Shown here: positions 37,601 through 47,756 of the stretch, one piece after another
How positions within the stretch are numbered: position 1 is the first letter of the stretch
Layout: each line of letters opens with the position of its first letter
From: Rickettsiaceae bacterium
Lineage (GTDB): Bacteria > Pseudomonadota > Alphaproteobacteria > Rickettsiales > UBA6187
DNA length: 51,181 bases
Assembly (NCBI GenBank): GCA_021323415.1
Contig: JAJONM010000002.1
Location: 1 to 51,181 of the forward strand
Reading direction: 5' to 3'
Notes under the pieces: model-generated
What the model was told of the DNA's origin: nothing
What the model saw: the letters and a program-made list of their open reading frames with translations, nothing else
Database searches by the model: none
Program-made: the position numbers and the translations under genes

Positions 37601-37721
37601 GGGGTGATAACGAACGGGGGCCGGTTATAACCCATATGAATAGACTAATAACAGAAAGCATTAGCATTATTCCAATTACGGAAAGTATCTTTGTTGATAT
37701 GCTTATGCCTCTTATCAGCAC
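34623..37721 (-). CDS. AsmA-like / YhdP-DUF3971 family envelope protein
   Basis: N-terminal TM anchor, YWPESLGEVARNWV, C-terminal G.IVPAY.IN..IPLIG..VNPLSILTPG; usual position between tyrS and bcp. Confidence 0.88.
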   Translation of the reverse strand: MLIRGISISTKILSVIGIMLMLSVISLFIWVITGPRSLSPLTPYIQKELSNISPGTQISIKDSHIKWDSFQRSFTITVNEISILNDTNDVIASFPEITFDFSILRFMRGQFFSSDLTLVKPNFYIDTSQKSIYVTSPKYPAIQKAIADRLATELKSKAYNFPINSIHLKDASLYINNGMSEFVWHIKNGYSKVENINNQNKIISEFNIDFGTATTYFGAETAYTNDGNIDTKVKFTKLPSYLASDLFPTVDYLREIHVSTNGDISLLLTPSGDISQLQFDLKEISGTVNLPQYFQVPVNIKSMSAQGSLYENFSILTLNKVVTMVDQSTIALSGTISNKATLPEISPEIKAEVTIGNVDVDQVANYWPESLGEVARNWVVTNISGGKVTGATGAFFFTPEDIEKIKAWNLLYHQDPTQPIESPLNDDAISATISVENTNVGYYDGYPQIKDVSGTVMFTGNSMYVNASKATILNTAVTNAELKMENLWHHHTSLDIKGDFSGTAEDGIAFVKAGLKGVKPTKELESIYKATGLAEGSVLISIPLTEHLTYKDMNLEITSKFSKTTVPELINGNSFSDAEFTLTLKKFLLDVNGKATLNGVPITVGFYKDFDKENEAKYHIAGEISAKYLSDLDFANVPFVSDNFIVDVTMDMHGLDTFFQGTADITKSKVSIPDIGFNKEAGINTKINFSGKQGEDDIIHIESFKAEGDNISASGNMTIEKSQLTSLSMEKVKYSRNDLKVNYAMDHAGYKIDLKGNSLDLSNVSFGQLFQNDKSNEKKSLDLKIDAEKLYMKNGEVLDNFSAKAICNNKLCTSANANGKFKDSSSVSLSLKPLKKNFALLVKSDNAGALINALGISKNIRGGALNVDATFVNANNKLTAQGTIVMHDFVAIKTPLLGKILTLASLQGIGDILNNQGITFKKFEAPFTLAGGIITVTDAKSSGSSVGITSSGTINLTKSEVDLKGAIVPAYEINKAFGKIPLIGNLLVGKKNEGLIATNYRIKGPYDDVKASVNPLSILTPGVLRNIFDIGD

Positions 37722-37872
37722 TTTATGCCTTCTTTAGTAGGTAAAAAAGAAAAATAATACTAACTTATAGACGTATATCATATTAAAAAAAGCTTTAATA
37801 AAAAAAATGTAGTGCAGTTACTTAAAATAGGTGTAAAACTTGCTGTTAATTCAACTTTAAAAGGATATATAA

Positions 37873-38346
37873 ATGACTTCTGTTTTACAAGAGGGTGATA
37901 ATGCGCCAGATTTTACCTTGCCATGCGATACTTTTGAGGATTTTACGCTGTCAGCTAACAAAGGAAAAATAATTGTATTGTATTTTTATCCGAAAGATAA
38001 CACGCCTGGATGCACCCAGCAAGCTATAGAGTTTACAGAATTAATGGAAGAGTTTAAGGCTGCCAATGCAGTCGTTGTAGGGATGTCTAAGGACGATCCT
38101 GAAAGCCACCAATCGTTTAAAAAGAAACAATGTATAGGGTTCCCTTTGGTCTCTGACATTGATGTTACCGCCATGGATGATTATGGAGTGTGGGCGGAAA
38201 AAAATATGTACGGAAAAAAATACATGGGCATAGAACGTTCTACATTCCTAATTGATCAAAAGGGAGTGATCCGTAAAATCTGGCGTAAAGTTAGCCTTAA
38301 AGGGCATGTGAAAGAGGTTTTGGAAGAGGTTAAGAAGATTGCTTAG
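37873..38346 (+). CDS. bcp: BCP/PrxQ peroxiredoxin
   Basis: LYFYPKDNTPGCT, GIERSTFLID. Confidence 0.95.
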   Translation: MTSVLQEGDNAPDFTLPCDTFEDFTLSANKGKIIVLYFYPKDNTPGCTQQAIEFTELMEEFKAANAVVVGMSKDDPESHQSFKKKQCIGFPLVSDIDVTAMDDYGVWAEKNMYGKKYMGIERSTFLIDQKGVIRKIWRKVSLKGHVKEVLEEVKKIA

Positions 38347-38410
38347 GCTTTCTGCCTATCACAGGGTGCGCTGGATGGATTCTAGAGGCTTGTTATTTTA
38401 TAAAAGAACT

Positions 38411-41400
38411 TTGGTAAGTAAAAAGCTTTTACTAAAAGTGATGTGTATTTTCCTCGGTTTTGTGCTAACCGGATTTACCGATAAAGATGAAGTTTATTAT
38501 CAGTCGCACCTTGGTGAAGCTGTTTCCTTGCTAAACGGCCGGTGTAAATCGGTTGGTGATGATTTTTTTACAAAAGATTCTGAATGTGTTTCTGCTAGAT
38601 TTACAGTGCAGCGCGATATTGAGGTAAAAGAGCGGAATGCTTTAATAGAAAGCTTGCATAAAAAACGTGAAAAACTCGATAAGCTTGTAAAAATTGACGA
38701 TTTAAATAAGCAGCGTTATGCACTTTTTAAAAGCGATTTTTCTAATGATATAGAAAAAACCGGCGATTTTATTATCGAATGTTTCAAGAGTGATAAAAGA
38801 GTTGTGCAAAATGGCGTTGAATGCCTTGCATCTGTTGACTCTATGATACAGACGCTGGAAAAAAAGCGCGATGAAGAGATTGTAAAAAATGATAAAGAGA
38901 TAAAATACAAAGAGCATTATCAGCGATATTTTAGGGAAGATGCAAGCAGGATAGACCAGGTTTTAGAAGGAAGATGCAAAGAATTATTTGCTAATCCATG
39001 GTATAGTTATGACCCTGAGTTACAGGATAAAGAATGTAACATTGCTGTAGAAGAAAAACGTCGTAATAAAAGACTAAACAGTGTTACCAGAATTCAAAAA
39101 AAGCAGGAAGACAAAAGGGATTTGGAGTATTTCAAGAAACGCATTTCTGAGGCGTTTATGATGCAAAAAGATTGCGATTCTGGTTCTGAGAAAAACAAAG
39201 AAAACTGTAGCAATGCCAAGGAAGCTATCCAGCAATTTGAAGAAAATAAAAACAAGGCAGCAGAATTTAGAAAGATTTACCAGCGCGATATTCAGGCTGC
39301 CAAGAAAACAGCCGAAAGCTGCCGTGCTGGTGACAATACAGATAACGTAAAATGTTTGGCGGCAACAGCAATAATCAATGAAGATGTCCGTAAGGTAAAA
39401 GAACGGCAGGAGTTGAACCGTTATCTACTATATTACCGGGGGAATCTTGAAGAAGCCAAAAAATTATTGGTTACAAAATGTAATGTCCACAAGGAAGAAA
39501 GCTCCCAATTTGTTAAGGATAGCGAGTGTATCGCTATAAAAAGAATAGTAAATGAGGATGTTGCATTTAGGGAGCGTGATAAGCTAATTGCGCAGCTGGA
39601 GTCTATAAAAGCTAATTTATCAAAGTCTGTTGATTTACAAAAGAAAGAAAACATCCAACGCTTCAATAGTTTTAAAGAAAGTTTTGCGCTTGATAACGAG
39701 AGTGCAGAAGACTTTGTTGCATCTTGTATAAATGATAAAGAGCGTGCCTCTAACAATTCTGTGGAATGCTTTGCGTCAACGGAATCTGTGTTGGAGACCA
39801 TAAAGAAATTGCGCGAAGATGGGGTAGCAAAGTTGGAAAAAGAAGCGCAATTTAGGGATAGTTACCAAAAGCGCTTGCGCTATCTTAAGGAACATGAGGA
39901 AGAAGCTGAAGCTATATTAAATGGTAGATGTAAGGCTATTTTTTCTGATCCTTGGTATGATTATGACGTAGATATTCAGGATAGTGAATGTAATGCCGCC
40001 CTTGAAGCCAGGCGCTCTATCCGTAGGGCGGAATTACTTTCTCGTTCTGGTCTTGGTAGTGGAAAGGACTTGTCGTATTTCCGTTCAAATATCAAAGAGG
40101 CTGCTCAGGTGCAGGAGGCATGTAGTAAGGACAGTGATATAGACAAGAAATCGTGTGATGCGGCTGGGCAGGCTATCGAAGAAGATAATAGAAAGAAACA
40201 GAAGCAAGTTGAGTATAGGAGGTATTATTCAGAACATTTAGATGAGTCTAGTGAAGTTGTAAAACAGTGCCAGGCTTTAGTAGAAAAAGATGATGATAAA
40301 TGTGATGTTGTGCTTGAAATAGAAAGTAGGGAGGTAACCAGCAAACAAAATAAAGAAAAGTTAAAGCGGTTTGTTGCTTTCTATCGGAGTAATGTAAAAA
40401 AAGCTTCAGAATTTATAGCTAAAAGTTGTAATGACCTGTCTAATGTTGATGAGGTGGTGCAACTTGAATGTAAGGCGGCTGCTGAAGTTGCGAAGGAAAG
40501 TGCGGCGGCAAAAATTAACAATGCATTATTAGAAGATTTACACAAACTAAAAGAAAAGCTGATAAGCACAATAAGCGCAGAAGATGCAAATAAATCCCGC
40601 TATGAAAAACTGCGTGATAATTTTAGGTCTGATATTAATGGCGCACAGGAATTTGCTTTATTGTGTGCGAAAGATAATGTTAGGCTAAAACGCAGTAAAA
40701 TTGAGTGTCTGGCATCAGTTAACTCCCTTGTGGAATACCTTGAAGTAAATAACGAAAATGCTGCGAAGGAATCTGAAAAGCAGAAAAGCTATAAGGAGTC
40801 GAGGAAAAGCTATTTTAGGAGCAATAGTGCTGAAGCGGACAAGCTATTAGAAGGGCGCTGCAAACCGATACTTGCAGATCCGTGGTATCGCTACGATAAG
40901 GATTTGCAGGACGAAGAATGTAATGCAGCTTTTTCTGAAAAAAGAAGACGCGATGAAATGAAGCAACTTGCATCAATTATTGGTAATGAAGATGCGAAAA
41001 AAGATTTAACTTATTATAGAAAAAACCTTGCTGAAGCTAAAGTTTTTTCAGAGGAATGCGCAAATAAAGAAAAAACTGCAGAATGCGAATATGCAGTCCG
41101 GGTGTTAAATGAAAAGAAAGAAGAAGAAACTAAAAAGAAGGAATATAAGGAATATTTTAGCAGTAATGCCATTGAGGCGAAAAAAGTTGTAGATGAATGC
41201 AATGAAGAAAAAGAACAAGATAAGCTAAAATGTAGTATAGCAAACGAAGTTTATAGCAAAAATATCAGGTCTGATCGTGATAAAAAAGAATTTGCCCGTT
41301 ATGTTAACTATTATAAAGCTAATATAGAAGAGGCAAGGGCGATAGAGCAGGGCAAGTGTAAGAACTACATTGGATTAGCTGATAGCATTTTTATTGAGGA

Positions 41401-42385
41401 TTTAGAGTGCTCTGCTGTTTTTGAGGCTATAAAAATTACAGAGGCTTTAAATGGACGTGATGAATTAATTAGCAGGCTAAGCCTAATAAAAAGAAAGATT
41501 GCACCTAATTTTGGCAATACTAAAAACAAGAAATATAAAAGCTACTTAGAGTTTTTCAAAAATAACCCTGAAGAAGTAGAAAAATTTATTGCTTCATGTG
41601 CTGGAAATGGAGTCCGGGCAAAGCAAAATAACCTTGAATGCGTGGCTGCAATTGATTTTTTGAAAGACAAGCTTGAGCTGCAAAAGAAGGATGAAGCCGA
41701 TAAGCTACTGGTCGAACAAAAATATAAAGAATATTACCGTAAGAAATTTAAAGAAAATCCTAAAGTTGTTGATGATTTGCTAAGTGGTCACTGCAAAATT
41801 TTATTTGCTGATCCTTGGTACGGATATGACTCGGACACACAAGATAGAGAGTGTGATGCGGCAAGAGCGGAGCGAAATGCAGAAAGCAGGATTGCGGAAA
41901 ATATAAAATTATCTAGTGAGAAAAAGGAAGTTAAAAACATTGATTACTATCGTAAAAACGCTGATAAAGCAAAGGCATTGGCTGAAGAATGTGCAGATGG
42001 TGTAGTTACTAGCCTATCTGATTGCGAAATGGCTCTGCGCGTAGATAGGGAAGTTACTTCTAAGACTAAAAAACAAACTGAATATACTGAGTTTTACAAA
42101 GGCCATCCGCTTGCAGCGCAGTTCCATTTGCGTTGGTGCAAATCAGCGATGCTTAATTTCGATACCGAGTGCCAGGTAGTAGATGAAATTTTGAAAAACC
42201 ATAAGAATCGGGTGGATGATCCGGAATTGGTAAAGAAATATACAGAGCTTTTCCAGAAAAACCCTCACGCTGCCTTAGATGCACTTAAAGGTGTATGTGC
42301 AGAGAAAATCAAAGATTCCTGGTATTTTCTTGATGTTAATCTGCAAACTGAAGAATGTAATGCTGCGCTGGAGGTGATTAAGTAG
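38411..42385 (+). CDS. large exported Cys-pair repeat protein (4 x 5 modules + 1, EexN-like units)
   Basis: 21 C-x(8-19)-C pairs, each preceded by a Y/F-x-x-N/H/D-x-x-E-A-like helix; signal peptide if started at TTG 38411 (start uncertain, frame open from 38339). Confidence 0.85.
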   Translation: MVSKKLLLKVMCIFLGFVLTGFTDKDEVYYQSHLGEAVSLLNGRCKSVGDDFFTKDSECVSARFTVQRDIEVKERNALIESLHKKREKLDKLVKIDDLNKQRYALFKSDFSNDIEKTGDFIIECFKSDKRVVQNGVECLASVDSMIQTLEKKRDEEIVKNDKEIKYKEHYQRYFREDASRIDQVLEGRCKELFANPWYSYDPELQDKECNIAVEEKRRNKRLNSVTRIQKKQEDKRDLEYFKKRISEAFMMQKDCDSGSEKNKENCSNAKEAIQQFEENKNKAAEFRKIYQRDIQAAKKTAESCRAGDNTDNVKCLAATAIINEDVRKVKERQELNRYLLYYRGNLEEAKKLLVTKCNVHKEESSQFVKDSECIAIKRIVNEDVAFRERDKLIAQLESIKANLSKSVDLQKKENIQRFNSFKESFALDNESAEDFVASCINDKERASNNSVECFASTESVLETIKKLREDGVAKLEKEAQFRDSYQKRLRYLKEHEEEAEAILNGRCKAIFSDPWYDYDVDIQDSECNAALEARRSIRRAELLSRSGLGSGKDLSYFRSNIKEAAQVQEACSKDSDIDKKSCDAAGQAIEEDNRKKQKQVEYRRYYSEHLDESSEVVKQCQALVEKDDDKCDVVLEIESREVTSKQNKEKLKRFVAFYRSNVKKASEFIAKSCNDLSNVDEVVQLECKAAAEVAKESAAAKINNALLEDLHKLKEKLISTISAEDANKSRYEKLRDNFRSDINGAQEFALLCAKDNVRLKRSKIECLASVNSLVEYLEVNNENAAKESEKQKSYKESRKSYFRSNSAEADKLLEGRCKPILADPWYRYDKDLQDEECNAAFSEKRRRDEMKQLASIIGNEDAKKDLTYYRKNLAEAKVFSEECANKEKTAECEYAVRVLNEKKEEETKKKEYKEYFSSNAIEAKKVVDECNEEKEQDKLKCSIANEVYSKNIRSDRDKKEFARYVNYYKANIEEARAIEQGKCKNYIGLADSIFIEDLECSAVFEAIKITEALNGRDELISRLSLIKRKIAPNFGNTKNKKYKSYLEFFKNNPEEVEKFIASCAGNGVRAKQNNLECVAAIDFLKDKLELQKKDEADKLLVEQKYKEYYRKKFKENPKVVDDLLSGHCKILFADPWYGYDSDTQDRECDAARAERNAESRIAENIKLSSEKKEVKNIDYYRKNADKAKALAEECADGVVTSLSDCEMALRVDREVTSKTKKQTEYTEFYKGHPLAAQFHLRWCKSAMLNFDTECQVVDEILKNHKNRVDDPELVKKYTELFQKNPHAALDALKGVCAEKIKDSWYFLDVNLQTEECNAALEVIK

Positions 42386-42398
42386 TTAGTAATGTAGT

Positions 42399-42514
42399 TC
42401 CCTCTCCCGTGGGAAGAGGGTTAGGGTGAGGGGGCGAAAATATTTAAATTAAACTCCTAACTTATTGTTAGTTCACCGCCCCCTCATCCCATCCTTCTCC
42501 CCACGGGAGAAGGA
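42399..42514. repeat. CCCTCTCCC...GGGAGAAGG-type palindromic element
   Basis: TCCCTCTCCCGTGGGAAGAGGGTTAGGGTGAGGGG ... CCCCTCATCCCATCCTTCTCCCCACGGGAGAAGGA inverted arms, each with a hairpin. Confidence 0.75.
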
Positions 42515-42659
42515 GCCACCCAGATGAGCTTTCTGAATTTAATAATTTAAAGAAATATCTAACAAGTTATCTATGTAAAACGATCTGCTTTGCAAAAAAA
42601 CCTCTTGCGAAATTTTTGTGGTTGTTGTTTAAGGTCACAAACTTTAAAAGGACAAAAAA

Positions 42660-43268
42660 TTGCCTGACCTATCAATTGAATCTAGTTTAAATGGCATTAT
42701 TGCAGGGGTAGATGAGGCAGGCAGGGGACCTTGGGCTGGGCCAGTCGTTGCTGCTGCTGTCATACTTGATAGAAATAATATTCCTTTTGGTATTAATGAC
42801 TCTAAAAAATTAACACGCAAGCAACGTGAAATAATATTTGCTGAGCTATATCAAACTGCACATATAGGGGTTGGGATAGCAAGCGTAGAAGAGATTGATT
42901 CATTAAACATTTTGCATGCGTCAATGCTGGCTATGAGTAAGGCTGTTGCAGCATTACCATTACTGCCTGACTATGCGCTAATTGATGGCAATCGTATTCC
43001 ACGATTACCATGCAAGGGCCAATATGTTGTTGGTGGTGATGCAATTAGCTTATCAATAGGTGCGGCTTCCATTATTGCAAAAGTAACGCGCGATAAGATT
43101 ATGGCTGAATTAGCACTGCAGCACCCAGAGTATTTATGGGAAAGGAATTCAGGTTATGGCACTGAAGATCATCAAAATGGTTTAAGAAACCATGGAGTTA
43201 CTGTGCATCACAGGCGTAGTTTTAGGCCGATTGCAGAAATTTTGGAAAGAGTTTTAATTGAAGGTTAG
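42660..43268 (+). CDS. rnhB: ribonuclease HII
   Basis: GVDEAGRGPWAGPV, DSKKL, AASIIAKVTRD, HRRSF. Confidence 0.97.
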   Translation: MPDLSIESSLNGIIAGVDEAGRGPWAGPVVAAAVILDRNNIPFGINDSKKLTRKQREIIFAELYQTAHIGVGIASVEEIDSLNILHASMLAMSKAVAALPLLPDYALIDGNRIPRLPCKGQYVVGGDAISLSIGAASIIAKVTRDKIMAELALQHPEYLWERNSGYGTEDHQNGLRNHGVTVHHRRSFRPIAEILERVLIEG

Positions 43269-44099
43269 GCCAGAAAGCCTCTCTTTCCAATCTGGCATTG
43301 TTATATTCAACAGCATTTTAGCTTTATCGCAATTAAGCCTAGAGTTTAAAGGTCTTTTTGCTGCGGCTTTATATTCTGATGAAGAAATTGGAGATACTTT
43401 ATCTACAATTAGCGGAATATTTTGTGCGCGGGCAAGTTCAAAAATTTCTTGTGCGTAATTATACCAGCTAGTTTCCCCAGCATTACACAGGTGGTAAACG
43501 CCAGATTCGAATGGTTTTTCTAATGCTTTGAGCGTGGCATCAGCAATATCACCTGCATAGGTTGGAGCGCCAATTTGGTCGCTAACAATTGAAAGTTCTT
43601 CGCGCTCTTTGCCGAATCTCAGCATTGTAGTTAAGAAATTTTTGTGTGTTTCGTTGTAAACCCATGATGTACGGAGTATTATATATTTACCACCTATTGC
43701 CTCAATAGCCTGTTCACCAGCTAATTTGGTTTTTCCGTAAATATTTATTGGTGCCGGAGTGTCGGTTTCTTTGTAAGGGGTGTTTCCCTCACCTGGAAAT
43801 ACATAGTCGGTAGAATAATGTATAAATGGTATGTCCATTATTTTACAGTATTTTGCCAGTGATTCTGGAATTGTTACATTAGCTTTGTAAGCGGCCTCTG
43901 TATCGGTTTCGGCTTTATCAACATTAGTATAAGCAGTAGCGTTGATAATTGCGCTTGGGTTTATGTCTTCTAAAACTTTTTCTATATTTTCATAAACAGA
44001 AAAATCTGCATCGGTACTAGCTATAATGGTTGCATTTTTAGCGCGGGAGGCAAGGGCGGAGCCGACTTGGCCGTATTTGCCATATATAAGCAAACTCAC
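43254..44099 (-). CDS. rfbD: dTDP-4-dehydrorhamnose reductase
   Basis: [27 protein letters not shown]; GTG start overlapping the rfbA stop (GTGA). Confidence 0.95.
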   Translation of the reverse strand: MSLLIYGKYGQVGSALASRAKNATIIASTDADFSVYENIEKVLEDINPSAIINATAYTNVDKAETDTEAAYKANVTIPESLAKYCKIMDIPFIHYSTDYVFPGEGNTPYKETDTPAPINIYGKTKLAGEQAIEAIGGKYIILRTSWVYNETHKNFLTTMLRFGKEREELSIVSDQIGAPTYAGDIADATLKALEKPFESGVYHLCNAGETSWYNYAQEIFELARAQNIPLIVDKVSPISSSEYKAAAKRPLNSRLNCDKAKMLLNITMPDWKERLSGLTFN

Positions 44100-44989
44100 G
44101 CTGCTACCCATAATTTTTCTTTATCGACTCCCGATACATCCCTTAGGTATTGCCCGTAGTCATTATTTCCATATTCAGCGGCAAGGAATAATAGCTGCTC
44201 TTTATTGATAAAACCCTGGTGATAGGCGATTTCTTCTATGCAGCCAATTTTTAAGCCCTGACGTTCTTCTACCATTTGCACAAAGTTTGATGCCTGTAGA
44301 AGCGATTGCGGTGTTCCGGTATCTAACCAGGCGATACCTCGGCTTAAAAACTCTACCTTGAGCTGGCCTTTCTTTAAATATACGTTGTTTAGGTCGGTGA
44401 TTTCTAGTTCACCCCTAGCGGATGGCTTTAATGCTTTTGCAAATTCTACTACCTGGGAATCATAAAAATATAGCCCGGTAACGGCATAATTTGATTTTGG
44501 TTGTTTTGGCTTTTCTTCGATGCTGATAGCGTTTTTATTGTCGTCAAAATCAACTACACCATAGCGCGAAGGATCTTTCACATGATAGCCAAATACACAT
44601 CCTCCGCGGGTTAATCCGGCCGAATTGCTTAATATCTCTGGTAGGCCGCGACCATAAAAAATATTATCGCCAAGCACAAGACATACTGGAGAATCACCTA
44701 TAAACTCCTGACCAATTATAAAAGCCTGGGCTATACCTTCCGGTTTTGCTTGTTCTTTGTAGGTAATTGATAAGCCAATCTGGCTGCCATCTTTTAGCAA
44801 CCTTTCGATAGAGGGTAAATCCCGCGGGGTGCTTATTATAAGAATGTCTTTAATTCCGGCATGCATTAGGGTTGATAATGGGTAATATATCATCGGCTTA
44901 TCGTATAGGGGTATTACCTGCTTGCTGATTGCCCGTGTTATTGGTGCTAAGCGTGTGCCTGAGCCGCCAGCTAATATTATGCCTTTCAT
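44096..44989 (-). CDS. rfbA: glucose-1-phosphate thymidylyltransferase
   Basis: [38 protein letters not shown]; ATGA overlap with rfbB. Confidence 0.97.
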   Translation of the reverse strand: MKGIILAGGSGTRLAPITRAISKQVIPLYDKPMIYYPLSTLMHAGIKDILIISTPRDLPSIERLLKDGSQIGLSITYKEQAKPEGIAQAFIIGQEFIGDSPVCLVLGDNIFYGRGLPEILSNSAGLTRGGCVFGYHVKDPSRYGVVDFDDNKNAISIEEKPKQPKSNYAVTGLYFYDSQVVEFAKALKPSARGELEITDLNNVYLKKGQLKVEFLSRGIAWLDTGTPQSLLQASNFVQMVEERQGLKIGCIEEIAYHQGFINKEQLLFLAAEYGNNDYGQYLRDVSGVDKEKLWVAA

Positions 44990-46008
44990 CTTGCTATCCT
45001 TATTTTGTCGTCTGTAATTAGCTCTTCCAAATACCACTGGACTGTAGTTTTTAGCCCTTCATCAAAAGTATATTGTCTTGTAAAGTCTAACTCTTTTACT
45101 GCCTTTCTATCATCTATCGCATAGCGTCTATCATGACCTGCGCGATCTTTAACAAAGGTAATTTGTGATTTGTATGAGCAGTTGGTTTTAGGAGACAACT
45201 CATCTAAAATTTCGCACAAACTGTTTACCAAATCAATATTGGATTTTTCTGCGTTACCGCCAAAGCAATATGATTCGCCTAATTTTCCTTTAGTTAGGGC
45301 CAGATATACGCCATTGCAATGGTCTTCAACATGAATCCAGTCGCGCACATTTTTACCATCTCCATAAACCGGCAAAAGTCTTCCATCCAAAGCGCATGAA
45401 ATCATATGTGGTATTAGTTTTTCTGGATATTGGCGAGGGCCGTAATTGTTGCTACAATTGGTGATAATTACCGGTAAGCCATAAGTCCTGTGCCATGCAT
45501 GGGCTAAATGGTCTGCAGCTGCTTTACTGGCAGAATATGGCGAGCTTGGCGCATATGGTGTGGTTTCAATAAATTTTGTATCTGAATTAAGTTCCAAGTC
45601 GCCAAACACCTCATCAGTTGAGATTTGTACATAACGGAAGTTATTTTTCTTAGCCTCTGGCAGGCTGTTCCAATAATTACGGGTAGCTTCCAGCATTGTA
45701 TATGTTCCGGTAATATTAGTTTCTATAAAAACCGCTGAGGCGTTTATTGAATTGTCCACATGGGACTCTGCAGCAAAATTGACTACTGCCTCAATATTAT
45801 GCTCGCGTAAGATTTTATCTACCAGTTGCCTATCGCAAATATTACCTTGAATTAGTTTGCATGGAATGTTTTTCAGATTGTCTATATTGCCTGCGTAGGT
45901 AAGGGCGTCCAAAACAATGATATTATCTCCGCGTTTGGCACTTTGGGCAACAAATGTGCTGCCGATAAAACCTGCTCCGCCTGTAACTAAAATGTTCATA
46001 TTTACCAT
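44986..46008 (-). CDS. rfbB: dTDP-glucose 4,6-dehydratase
   Basis: [35 protein letters not shown]. Confidence 0.97.
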   Translation of the reverse strand: MVNMNILVTGGAGFIGSTFVAQSAKRGDNIIVLDALTYAGNIDNLKNIPCKLIQGNICDRQLVDKILREHNIEAVVNFAAESHVDNSINASAVFIETNITGTYTMLEATRNYWNSLPEAKKNNFRYVQISTDEVFGDLELNSDTKFIETTPYAPSSPYSASKAAADHLAHAWHRTYGLPVIITNCSNNYGPRQYPEKLIPHMISCALDGRLLPVYGDGKNVRDWIHVEDHCNGVYLALTKGKLGESYCFGGNAEKSNIDLVNSLCEILDELSPKTNCSYKSQITFVKDRAGHDRRYAIDDRKAVKELDFTRQYTFDEGLKTTVQWYLEELITDDKIRIAR

Positions 46009-46166
46009 TAATATATGTCTTGGGTTGTTAGTATAGTAAAACTGTTAATTAGTAAATGGCAAGTAGATTGGATTGTTTTTTGTAAAAACAGTGATATTTC
46101 AGTGGCTTATTTATTAAGCCTAATGCTTGGCAAAAGCCGTATTATTGAAATGTTATTATTACACGC

Positions 46167-46195
46167 TTGACAAATAATAAAAAATATGTTACATA
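46167..46195 (+). promoter_or_regulatory. putative sigma70 promoter of the 46230 ankyrin gene
   Basis: TTGACA-N17-TACATA. Confidence 0.5.
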
Positions 46196-46229
46196 AGCCT
46201 CTCATAAAAATGACAAGTGGAGATATAAA

Positions 46230-47018
46230 GTGTCTAGATATATGTCAAAATTGCATCTTGAGCAGCGTTTAATCGATTTTGCAAAAAATGGAAATATTGT
46301 TGAAATACAAAGACTTATGAATAATGGGATTAACCCTGCAGCAAATAATAATATGGCGTTATGGTGGGCTGCCAGCAAAGGACGGCTGGATATATTAGAA
46401 CTTTTGCTTACTGATTGGAGAGTTAGCCCGGCAGCGCGTATGAATGTAGCGATCGCTATTGCTTCTGAAAATGGCCATACCGAAGTTGTTAAATTTTTAC
46501 TTGCTGATGTACGCGTAAATCCTGCAGAAAATGGCAATATTGCAGTTCATTCTGCAGCTAGAAATGGCCATTTTGATGTGGTTGAGATGCTTATTTCTGA
46601 TAAGCGTGTCGATCCATCAGATGCTAATAACACTGCAATCCGCAGGGCTTCTGCTAACGGGCATATTAATACTGCCCAATTACTTTTGGCTTATGGGGCA
46701 AATATCGGTCATAGAAAATTTGATGAGATGTACCAGGCTGCATACACTGGTTTTATTGGTGCTGTTAGCCAGGGAGCGCGTGAATACCTATCAAATAAAG
46801 AAAAAGTACGCACAATAGCTAATAACCATGCTGAGATAATTAAAAATAGAAGCTTGGCAGCTTGTGCATCTGTGATAAGAGCAGCTCACAATAGGAAGCA
46901 GAACCAAAATAATGTTACCCCACTAAACAATGTAGTGAAGCATAACTTTACGAATGATTGGTCTGTTCTTGGTAGTGTTATTGTTGCAAAAAATGCTGAT
47001 ATGCATGTAGTGGCTTAA
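46230..47018 (+). CDS. ankyrin-repeat protein with DxRVxP-type repeats
   Basis: Repeats NxAIxxASxNGHxEVVxxLLxDxRV(S/N/D)P; GGAG RBS before GTG. Confidence 0.88.
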   Translation: MSRYMSKLHLEQRLIDFAKNGNIVEIQRLMNNGINPAANNNMALWWAASKGRLDILELLLTDWRVSPAARMNVAIAIASENGHTEVVKFLLADVRVNPAENGNIAVHSAARNGHFDVVEMLISDKRVDPSDANNTAIRRASANGHINTAQLLLAYGANIGHRKFDEMYQAAYTGFIGAVSQGAREYLSNKEKVRTIANNHAEIIKNRSLAACASVIRAAHNRKQNQNNVTPLNNVVKHNFTNDWSVLGSVIVAKNADMHVVA

Positions 47019-47227
47019 TACCAAAACCGCCTGGCTATTAAAACTGTTAATATTGTTGGTATATTCTTTACTGCCAGTAATATGGTTTGAGAAGCCAGAA
47101 TGTTAGCACCTACATGCAGTTTTCCCCACATAGATACATATTGTCCGTAGACCCAAATAGTGTAGCATAGCCATATAAAAGCAGCAGCGAGCAATAATAT
47201 AAGTAGCAATTTCTTGACTGTTGTCAT
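47015..47227 (-). CDS. small hypothetical membrane protein
   Basis: 70 aa, two hydrophobic segments, fills the gap between flanking genes. Confidence 0.5.
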   Translation of the reverse strand: MTTVKKLLLILLLAAAFIWLCYTIWVYGQYVSMWGKLHVGANILASQTILLAVKNIPTILTVLIARRFWY

Positions 47228-47291
47228 GATAGCATGATAAGTAGCGCGAAAAATATTTTAAGTCAATATTTACTTCGAAAAGGAAATTGTT

Positions 47292-47672
47292 ATGTCGAAT
47301 GAAAAGAAACGCCCTCTTCTTAAAAGATCTGAGTCGCGGATTACTCTTTCGGTGATGCCTTTGTCTTTTGATATGGGAAAGGAGGTGGATAACCATAAGC
47401 CTGAAAATAATTTATTCGAACCGAAAGCTAAGCCATTTGCTAAAAAAGAGTTTGTGCCTGGTTTTGGTAAACTAAAAAGAACTGTAAGTGAAATAAACTT
47501 GTTTCCAAATTCGGATATAAAAACTGAAAATAAACCTGAATCTATTGCTCAAAGGAAAAAGAAAGTACTGCCTGAAGAAGTTTTACAGAGGCTAAAAGAA
47601 AAATCTGAACGTGATTGGCAGAAACAGCTTGAGGCGGATTCTGAGGCTTTCTTGAACCAATGTCTTAAGTAG
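47292..47672 (+). CDS. hypothetical Lys/Glu-rich protein (candidate effector)
   Basis: AAGGA RBS; basic clusters KKRPLLKR and RKKK. Confidence 0.7.
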   Translation: MSNEKKRPLLKRSESRITLSVMPLSFDMGKEVDNHKPENNLFEPKAKPFAKKEFVPGFGKLKRTVSEINLFPNSDIKTENKPESIAQRKKKVLPEEVLQRLKEKSERDWQKQLEADSEAFLNQCLK

Positions 47673-47756
47673 GGTTAGGGTGGTGACTCATGTTGTAACT
47701 TGCAAGTTGCAAGCGGTCGTAGTAATGTTTAAAAAACTTTTACTATCCGCAATCAA

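Noticed and set aside
38339-42385. Multiheme cytochrome or Sel1/Hcp repeat protein
   Set aside because: No CxxCH motifs and no LGxxYxxG pattern
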